Of a DNA stretch of 64,000 nt, positions 41,544 through 51,300 are shown piece after piece. The first letter of the stretch is position 1; every line of letters starts with the position of its first letter. Both the position numbers and the translations under genes were made by a program. The notes under the pieces were generated by a model. It had not been told where the DNA came from. It searched no databases and saw only the letters and a program-made list of their open reading frames with translations. Origin of the DNA: Lingula anatina (taxonomy: Eukaryota > Animalia > Brachiopoda). The stretch is taken from assembly GCA_051362555.1 (NCBI GenBank), contig CM120640.1:61544788-61608787 (forward strand). Reading direction: 5' to 3'.

Positions 41544-44500
41544 TGCTGGCTTCTGTTTTGTTCCATTCTTGTGACAATGCTTTTTCTTTGTCTGCTGTAG
41601 TCATGGCCTCTCCAGCTCCTCCCTGGCTTCCACCAACCCATCCCCCAGGCTGCTTTACTGGCTTACCCTGAAGGTTAGAGACAAAATTAATATGACTGCC
41701 ATTACAAACATCATAGACCCTATTTCCAGAGATTAGATCGATCTACTTTAGATCGACCTAACTCCCTGGGGGTTCACGCTAAATAGCTGTCAGCTGAGCG
41801 GACACGAAAGTTAATTACCCCCTTACTGCTTGTAGTAGGCAGGATGGACATTTAAGCTGCATTATCCCCATGGGGATAGATCAATCTAAAAGCTCTGGGA
41901 ATACAGCCATATTCAGCTGTTTTTTTTTCTAAAACTAGTACAATAACATTAATAAATCAACATTCTCTACAATATCATTGTGTTGTATGTTAATCCTATT
42001 CACCATTTTTGCTGATGAAAACACCTGAAAAAGCAAAATCTTCTCTGGAGAATGAGCTGGTTGAGGGAGTGTGCAAGGGAGGACTCACCTTCTTGGCAGC
42101 ATCTTTTCTGGCCTTACTTAAAATCTTAGATGTTCCTGGGACATTTGCTTTTTCTTTAGCTTGCTTCTCCTTTGCAAACACCAGTGAGGCAGTAGGTGAC
42201 TTGGTGAAAGGACTGTCCATATTTAAATCTTCTTCAGAGACTGGTTAAAAAAAGAACGATGTTCAATACAAATTTAAGCATATCCTTTACAAAAGATATT
42301 GCTTAAAATATTCAATATTTAATGAAAACTATAATCATCAAAGCAATCAATATTGTAAATTAATGACCCACACACAAAACATTTTTTCTCCTAACCATTG
42401 ATCCCTTCTGCCACAAAAGGATGATCCAATAAGTCTGGCCATGACAATCTATTTTGTGGGTTTTTGGTCAGCAGCCCCTGTAAAAAGTCTTTGAAAAGTG
42501 GGGACATGTTCTTTGGCCATTTGACTGGATCTTTGATGATGAGACTGACAAGCTGGAAGATACTGTTGGTATAGAAAGGTGGCTGTCCAGTGAACAGTTC
42601 ATACAGGATACAACCCAGAGCCCTGGAAACAAAGGAGATATTTAGCTCAATAAAACTTTCAGATGCTTATTTGATTTTTTTAACATTTAAAGAAGTTAAA
42701 GATCAAAATAGCTAGCACAGCACTCTCCAAAGTTAAAACAATTCTTTTCTTAGGCATTCCTAACATAGGCCTACCTTCCCATGCCCAACTTATTAAAAGG
42801 GAAAACTTTGTTCTGCACACTGTGGATACTCACCACAAATCTGCTGTATGATCATATGGTTTTTCTTCAACCAATTCAGGTGACATGTATAGAGGTGTCC
42901 CCTGCAAAGAGATTACAGATACATGAACCCAGCTTGCTGATACACTTGTGAATTACGTAAAGCAGCTTCAATAAATATTGCAGGTTATACATGAAAATGC
43001 AAGTATTATATTCATCAAGAACACATTTAATCTATAATTTAGCAGTGACAGCATATCCGCCCCATGTATAACTCAATGACGATAAAAATATGTTAATACT
43101 GTTTTCAAATGATTAATCACTATATAAGAGTGCTTTCCCAGAGATTTAGATCGATCTAAAGATTAAGATTTAGATCGACCTAACTCCCTGGGGGTTCACG
43201 CTAAATAGCAGTCAGCCGAGCAGACACCATAGTTAATTACCCCCTTACAGCTTTTAGTAGGCGGGACAGACACTTAAGCCGGCCAAGCTGACAATAATCT
43301 AGTGAGACTCCCCACAGGGATAGATTGATCTAAAAATCTATGGAAATGGGATGTAAAAGTCACTATACAATAGTCCCAAAATAGTCTCAATATTTCAATA
43401 CTCTATTCACCTTTATAGATGTAAGTACCAGAGTGTTAATACTCATAGCTCTTGCGAACCCAAAATCACACAGTTTGACTACACCCCCTTTTCCTAGGAG
43501 GATATTCTGTGGCTTCATGTCTCTGTGCAAGATCCTATGAGAGTGAAGGTAGAATAGTGCTGACACCAGCTGACAGGCTATTAAACCCACCTGAAAAATA
43601 AAACCAATCAGACAAATATAAAACTCTTCATGTCAATAAATAACAATGTCAATATATCAAATATTTTAACCTTTGGACATTTTTTGATGTCAGTTTGTTC
43701 AAGATTACTTTTCATTCAAGAAAATTTAAACAAGTATGCTATAACATTTGTAGAGCAACCATTAAATGTTATATAATGTTCATTCTTAATTTTGATGGCT
43801 GTTAAATGTCTACTGCACATATTGAAATATTTAAAACAACTTCAATATTTCACTGAAAGCGGCTTGAATTTTACACTAAGATTAATCTGAATGCCATATT
43901 CATCATCTTGGTACCCTCCATGTACCTGTTCCTCTGGTAAACTCCCATCATCTTCAAGAATCTGAAAGAGCTCTCCCTCTGCATAATCAGTAACAGCAAC
44001 TACCTGTATAGAAATCAATAACCTGATATAAACATTATTCAATAGTATTGATTCATTATCTAATGACTGAGAAGACATTAATAAGGAAACTTTGATAGAA
44101 TATGATTAATAATCAGTCTTTGGCATTGTAAAGTAAGTTCCTCTTTTTAAAAAAATCTCCAAATTAAGCACCAAGAGATATATGTGTACCTCTTTTTCAG
44201 TTTCAAAACTATCCAACATTTCTATAATATTTTCATGGTGCAAATCTCGCATGATTTCAATCTCCTTCCTCAAGTTTTTTAGTTCTTTCTCAGATCTTCC
44301 AGTTTTGGGAATAAACTTCAGTGCCACAACCTAAAGGATACACAACATTTAAGTAAAATTCATTGCATGGAAAACCTAGTTCAAAAATAGATCTCACATT
44401 AGCTAAAGATTTGTATCACCCGAGCACAAAAATCCATATGTTACTATTTCTTTGTTTGGGCTACAAAAAACTTATTTACTTTGGTAATATTTTCTTTCAA

Positions 44501-44679
44501 CTTCTGTGTACTTGATTTACATTAAAAGGCCTGAGTTCTTTTCAAATACACTGTAAGGATGTTGACAGTGTTCATTGTACATAGTGGGCACTCACCTGTC
44601 CTGAGTATTTCTTCCTGCCTTTGTACACCTTTCCAAAGGATCCCTCTCCTATCAGCTCTAACACATGATAATTGTCCAT
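31053..44679 (-). CDS. STK36: Serine/threonine kinase 36 (fused), N-terminal kinase plus C-terminal ARM/HEAT-like region. Coding exons: 44596-44679, 44190-44330, 43926-44003, 43411-43590, 42834-42901, 42396-42622, 42089-42240, 41542-41667, 41088-41228, 40588-40802, 40211-40310, 39933-40030, 39544-39649, 39090-39237, 38669-38799, 38367-38474, 38013-38111, 37592-37686, 37370-37433, 37123-37233, 36837-36911, 36545-36625, 36014-36160, 35564-35667, 35106-35216, 34680-34827, 34334-34475, 33754-33877, 33428-33488, 32093-32222, 31696-31768, 31053-31311
   Basis: [37 protein letters not shown]...[64 protein letters not shown] is diagnostic of fused/STK36. All 32 exons join in frame through GT-AG introns; C-terminal YAVGNAGYH / NAASALGNL motifs. 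Confidence 0.95.
41494..41541. repeat. C20 + (AC)14 simple repeat forming the start of STK36 intron 8
   Basis: Direct reading. Confidence 0.9.
41717..41904. mobile_element. Foldback/MITE-like dispersed repeat, copy 2 (more diverged, internally shortened)
   Basis: Shares TTAGATCGACCTAACTCCCTGGGGGTTCA...GCGGACAC...TTACCCC...GTAGGC with copies 1 and 3. Confidence 0.8.
43130..43356. mobile_element. Foldback/MITE-like dispersed repeat, copy 3
   Basis: Near-identical to 12702-12928. Confidence 0.85.
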
Positions 44680-44796
44680 AGTCTTGATTGTCAGTTACTG
44701 CCTGCAGCATCCTTTGTGGTCAAGAATCCTGACACCATTTGAATAAATATGAAACTTTTATTGAAAGCCAATAAATACATTGTAACTTAAATAAAA

Positions 44797-45399
44797 TTTT
44801 ACCTCAAGAGCAGTGCATACTTAGTCACACTTTTCATTTTTCTTTGTCAGGATCTAAACAACTTTCGTTTTAACGACAATTCAACGCCACGGCTACAGGT
44901 AAAGGATTGCTGCACACGCGAGAAGTGAAAGACCGATTGTGGCTAATTATTATTTGACAGGGTAAACAAGCTCCAACGACAGACTTTACTGGTGGTTCTG
45001 TAACAAGTCGTGCAACTATAAATCCGTTTTAAAAAGAAAAGTACTCACTTAGTTATAGCATGGAAGCAACTGGCATCACAGTATCAAGATGTGATGACGA
45101 ACAACTCGTGAAATTCTGGAGTGTTGGACATTCCTTCAAACATCACCGCCAAAACATTTGACGTCTGCGCCTCACATCTGCGCATAATACTGAAGCTATT
45201 GGTTATTTATTGCATTGTATCGCCTATTATAATATATCACAATCTAGACACAGAACTTTTAAACCCCCAAAAAGGTATCATATAATATCTTTAAATATAA
45301 TTAATGACTAAATGGACATCAATTTTGTAGTTTTATTACGTCTTCCAATAAAAATCATATACGAATTTATCTCTCGAAAAAGTACTGAACTCTGTAACA
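44797..45399. promoter_or_regulatory. Bidirectional STK36/GPN1 promoter with STK36 5'UTR exons (minus-strand donors at 45048 and 44802)
   Basis: The start codons diverge 721 bp apart (44679 and 45400); local CpG island; donors AA|gtgagt and GAG|gtaaaa on the minus strand. Confidence 0.7.
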
Positions 45400-48300
45400 A
45401 TGGCAACATCCGCTGGCGAAAGCATGGGTTCAACACAGGAGGAAAAAAGCGACACTGCAACAGGTGGAATGCAGGATAAATCATCAAAACCAACTGTAAT
45501 AATTATACTTGGAATGGCAGGCTCAGGAAAGACGACATTTGTTCAGGTACGCTCAGTTCATATCTTTGCATTAGATTAGATAATCACAAAAGCACTTGAG
45601 TCTTGAAGAGGAGAATTTGATTAAAGTGAACCAAAACTCTCGCTCGGCAGACACCTAGAGCTGTCATTAGACATAAATACCAAAGAAAACAAGACCTAAA
45701 GAAGTAACCCTGGAACAGTCTACGCAAGTCTACGATAGGACAAAAAGCTTGAATCGGTTAAGTATTGTTACACGAATTTGATAAAATCGCAATAAATATA
45801 ATATTGTTTTAACATAAATTAAAAATAATATTAAAGTAAAAATAAACTAGCAATTGAACTTTGAAGTTTCACATTCTTACTTAAATGCCAAATACAGTGC
45901 AATGCAATGCAACACGGTGCAATATACTAGAGAAAACAATTCTGGGGGCACTTCAACAACTTCTCTTGTCATCAAAACTTAAGTGAAATATATCACTAGG
46001 TAATTAAAATTGTTGATACAACTTAACAAATCGACATGGCTTATGTATTGTTGGGTCATCCACCATGTTTGCCAGTGGCTCTTTTTCACAATATGGCAGA
46101 TGACCCATGATACCAGGGGGTGGAAACATGTTACTTTTATGATTAATACGAGCCTGGTCTCGGAACAACACAGCACAATACACTTGGGTTGTAACTTTCA
46201 GGGGCAATTAGGGCTTTGCCTTTGCGGCACACATTGTTCAAAACTAAAAACTGATATCTACTAGTACTACCAGTGGCTTCATTAGTAACAGTTGCACAAT
46301 TCATGTTTTTTTTTGTCTGTGCGTACATACCCTGAAAAGGGTAAGCTTCTTTGACGAGAACAATGGCAGTTTCTCACCCCTCTCTAGGAGTACCCCTGAT
46401 AACGGGTCATACTGATTTACCTAGTATTATATTTCACTTTTATATCGCTCTGTTTACTTGCGACTGGGCTTTTTCTCATCTTTTTGATTTTTTATCATGT
46501 GTGGTCAAATTTTCTGGTTCATAAGCTTCCATTTAATAATACTTAACAGATCTTGGTCTGTTATTTTTCTTTTTATTAAGATTGACTATTGTTGTTTTCT
46601 AAAGTCGTTTTCCATGGTTTTTAGGTTCATCTACCAATTAAGACATGGCTGGCAACTTTACTTTTGAAAATTTAAAAAAAACTAAAAAGAAAAAAGCATA
46701 AGACTAGCCCAATTTTGATCATAATTATTAGTACTAGTATTGTTTAGTTTTACATTATAGAGTTTAATCAACACAGTGTGTGTACATTATAACATTGTAG
46801 AGTTTAATCAACACAGTGTGTGTTATGGAATATGTCTTTGATCATATCAAATAATCTCACTTTTGTTTACAATGAAAAACTAAAAAGAACTTTGATTGGT
46901 TACTTCAGTATACTTATATATTTCTAACACAAGGCAAAAATAAATCAAAACTGATTTATGTTTAACTGAAAATTTGTGATGCATAGATTCAGTCATCCAA
47001 ATCCACTTGCTTGTCTACAATTCTCTTACTTAATATTTTCATAAAGGTTGTTTCAATTGATATCTTTTTAGTCTCTAATTATATTTAAAGATATGATATG
47101 ATATGATACTTTTTAGGTGTTTACAAGATCTATGTGTAGATTTTGATCTATTATAGTAGGCGATAGAAAACAATAAATAACCAAAAGCTTCAGTATAATG
47201 TGCAGATATGAAGAGCAAACATCAAATTTTTTGGCGGTGATGTTTGAAGGAATGTCTAACACTTCAGAATTTCACGAGTTGTTCATCATCACATCTTGAT
47301 ACTGTGATGCCAGTTGCTTTCATGCTATAACTAAGTGAGTACTTTTCTTTTTAAAACGGATTTATAGTTGCATGACTTGTTACAGAACTGCCAGTAAAGT
47401 CTGTCGTTTGGGTTTGTTTGTCCCGTCAAATAACAATTACCCACAATCGGTCTTTCACTTATTGCGTGCACAGCAATCCTTTTTCTGTAGCCATGGCGTT
47501 GAATTGTTGTTAAAACAAAAGTTGTATAGATCCTGACAAAGAAAAATGAAAAATGTGACTAAGTATGCACTGCTCTTGAGGTAAAACCACCCCCTGGTAT
47601 TATCAACAAATCAAAATATGTTTTCAATTGGTAGTGCATAGTGCATTTTCTAAAAGCAGTGCATATCATCAACTATTAAATAGGAGTAAATGCAGTTTTT
47701 CAAAACTTGTCTCAATCAGCAGTTAAATCCATTGGCTTTAAAACAGAAGGTAGGGTGGCAGACCATGGGAAAAAAAGGTAAACTTGAAGATGTTCCATTC
47801 CAACTACAAGTGGAGGAGGAAGTACTGATTTATTTCCACTGTACATCTTACCACAACAGTGAACATCAGACATGTAGATAAGAATGCCAAAGGTTATTAT
47901 TATTATTATTTATTTTATTTTATTATTTTTTTAGAGAGAGAGAGAGAGAGCCCTCTCCTAAGGTTCCATGTGCAGTAAAAGATATCAATTGATATTGTTC
48001 ATAGTTCTTATTTTTCATTTCAGAGAATAACGGCACATCTTCATACTAAGAAAACCCCACCTTATGTCATTAATTTAGACCCAGCTGTTCATGAAGTACC
48101 ATACCCTGCCAACATAGGTAATGACCCATTATAAATGTACAGTGGTTGTGTAAGTTTAAATGTATCATAAAGTCACTTGGGAATCACTGACATTGTGTAC
48201 TTTTCTGGTGAAATGAAGAGAAAAGATTTGCTTGGAACATCATGCTTTATGAATATTTTTTCTTTTGATATAAAAAGAAAACAAGAAACCTTTGCTTTTA

Positions 48301-51300
48301 TATGTAATGGATTGGATCACTGATTACCTCATTTATTTCTTTTACAGATATAAGAGACACAGTGAATTACAAGGAAGTAATGAAACAGCATCCTTTTTTA
48401 TTTAAGATATATACAATTTATAAACTTACAGATCAATGCTTATTGTACCACCAGCGTTAGCGCTGGCGGTACACATGGTTTCGGTCTCGTCCGGATCGTT
48501 CCGCCGGCTCCGCCGGCTCCGCCGGACGGCTACCGTTACCGCTTCTCCTCCTAGACGGTAAGGCCCCCCATACCCATCTCATGGATTTAGGTCACCTATA
48601 ATCTCAACTCGTTCCACGTAAAATTTGGGCTTTGTCGGTATTGGGGTCTGGGTGTGGCACTCATTGCAATGCACCCTTGTCCAAAAATGGCAAAATTAAA
48701 TGCTAATTATCTACCCTACGGAAGGAGTTACGGGAAAAATTTCTACAGACGGCTTTCCAAAAGTCATATGTGTAGATTTCAAATATACCCTCGGATTTGA
48801 CCTTTGACCTTTACTTCAAGGTCAAATGGGCCAAAATTTTCAAAAAAATGAAATTTTTTACGAAAAAAAAATTTTTTGCCCTGTTATTCAGACACCACAC
48901 AGACTTAACCAATAATATTATTGGAAAGTGTTACCCTTCAGGTCATCTTTCATCTCCGTGAATTTGGGGTCAATCGGTGCATTTTCACAGGAGTAGCGGC
49001 CATAAGATACCGAAACTGAAAACTGTCTCTAATTCGGGAACCGTTAATGCTAGAGACCCATTCTTTTTTGCATTTTGTAGAGCATGTAAAGCCCAACACT
49101 GGAGGTGGTCTCGGTTTTTTTGTATTCCATACGGTTTTCGAGTTACGCTGTATCAAAAAGTACATATTGGTGGTGAAAGGAAAATGTACGGAAGCCCACT
49201 GGTGCCATATGTAGAAAAAAAAATTATCTCGAAATTTCGAGATACTATTTTGAAATTTGAACAAAAAAATTTACCACCAGCGTTAGCGCTGGCGGTACAC
49301 ATGGTTTCCGTCCCGTCCGGTCCGTTCGCCGGCTCCGCCGCCATGTTACCGTTACCGCTTCTCCTCCTAGACGGTAAGGGCCCCCGTACCCATCTCATGG
49401 ATTTAGGTCACCTATAATCTCAACTCGTTCCACGTAAAATTTGGGCTTTGTCGGTATTGGGGTCTGGGTGTGGCACTCATTGCAATGCACCCTTGTCTAA
49501 AAATGGCAAAATTAAATGCTAATTATCTACCCTACAGAAGGAGTTACGGGAAAAATTTCTATAGACGGCTTTCCAAAAGTCATATGTGTAGATTTCAAAT
49601 ATACCCTCGGATTTGACCTTTGACCTTTACTTCAAGGTCAAATGGGTCAAAATTTTCAAAAAAATGAAATTTTTTACGAAAAAAAAATTTTTTGCCCTGT
49701 TATTCAGACGCCACACAGACTTAACCAATAATATTATTGGAAAGTGTTACCCTTCAGGTCATCTTTCATCTCCGTGAATTTGGGGTCAATCGGTGCATTT
49801 TCACAGGAGTAGCGGCCATAAGATACCGAAACTGAAAACTGTCTCTAATTCGGGAACCGTTAATGCTAGAGACCCATTCTTTTTTGCATTTTGTAGAGCA
49901 TGTAAAGCCCAACACTGGAGGTGGTCTCAGTTTTTTTGTATTCCATACGGTTTTCGAGTTACGCTGTATCAGAAAGTACATATTGGTGGGGAAAGGAAAA
50001 TGTACGGAAGCCGACTGGTGCCATATGTAGAAAAAAAAATTATCTCGAAATTTCGAGATACTATTTTGAAATTTGAACAAAAAAAAAATTATCTCGAAAT
50101 TTCGAGATAGCATTTTGATATTTGAGCAAAAAAATTTATCTCGAAATTTCGAGATAGTATTTTGAAATTTGAACAAAAAAAATGCTATCTCGAAATTTCG
50201 AGATAATTTTTTTTTTCAACATATGGCACCAGTCGGCTTCCGTAAAAATGTGCAGTACGGTAATGGATAATAAATTTTGAACTCCGGAAAAATAAAACAT
50301 AATGCTTGGCAAAGCAGACAACTTGTGGTCAAAAATGACATTATTTTATCAAATTTAAACTTCTGCAACTTCAGAGAACCTCCCATTTCAAGAACTTTGA
50401 CCAAAATGACCTTTTCTTTATTTTAATTAATTTTTTCTGTAGGAAATTTATGGCACATTATGGTAACTCCAAAATTATAACATTTAGTCCCTTATATCTC
50501 CAAAACTGGCAGAGATAGGTCCATAGTTACTATTGAAGTTGAATAGGAAGTCATATACTGGCAATTTTACTGTGACCTTGACATTGACCTTTGACCTACT
50601 TTTCACCTTGAACTGAACTTTGCAAAATTTGCTTCCCTTTTATCTCCAAAACTGGCAGAGATAGGTCCATAGTTACTATTGAACTTGCATAGGAAGTCAT
50701 ATACTGGCAATTTTACTGTGACCTTGAAATTGACCTTTGACCTTCTTTTCACCATGAACTGAACTTTGCAAATTTTGCTTCCCTTTTATCTCCAAAACTG
50801 GCAGAGATAGGTCCATAGTTACTATTGAAGTTGAATAGGAAGTCATATACTGGCAATCTAAATGTGACCTTGAAATTGACCTTTGACCTACTTTTCACCA
50901 TGAACTGAACTTTGCAAATTTTGCTTCCCTTTTATCTCCAAAACTGGCAGAGATAGGTCCATAGTTACTATTGAAGTTGAATAGGAAGTCATATACTGGC
51001 AATCTTACTGTGACCTTGAAATTGACCTTTGACCTACTTTTCACCATGAACTGAACTTTGCAAATTTTGCTTCCCTTTTATCTCCAAAACTGGCAGAGAT
51101 AGGTCCATAGTTACTATTGAAGTTGGATAGGAAGTCATATACTGGCAATTTACTGTGACCTTGAAATTGACCTTTGACCTACCTTACAATGAACTTAACT
51201 TTGATTGCACCATTTTTAGTTATATATATTTTTTGCATATTTTGAAAATTCTTGTTGATTGCATTTTTACAGCTTGTCAAGCACAAGACTGGTGGCTGCA

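Noticed and set aside
46754-46824. Two-copy ~40-bp tandem duplication
   Set aside because: Ordinary local slippage with no further structure.
48950-50404. Duplicated 100-146-aa ORFs on both strands
   Set aside because: Incidental frames in the duplicated HINE/MITE sequence, with no Rep, helicase or transposase motifs.
50495-51200. CRISPR-like regular repeat
   Set aside because: The units are contiguous near-identical 146-mers without unique spacers, in a eukaryotic context with no cas genes.
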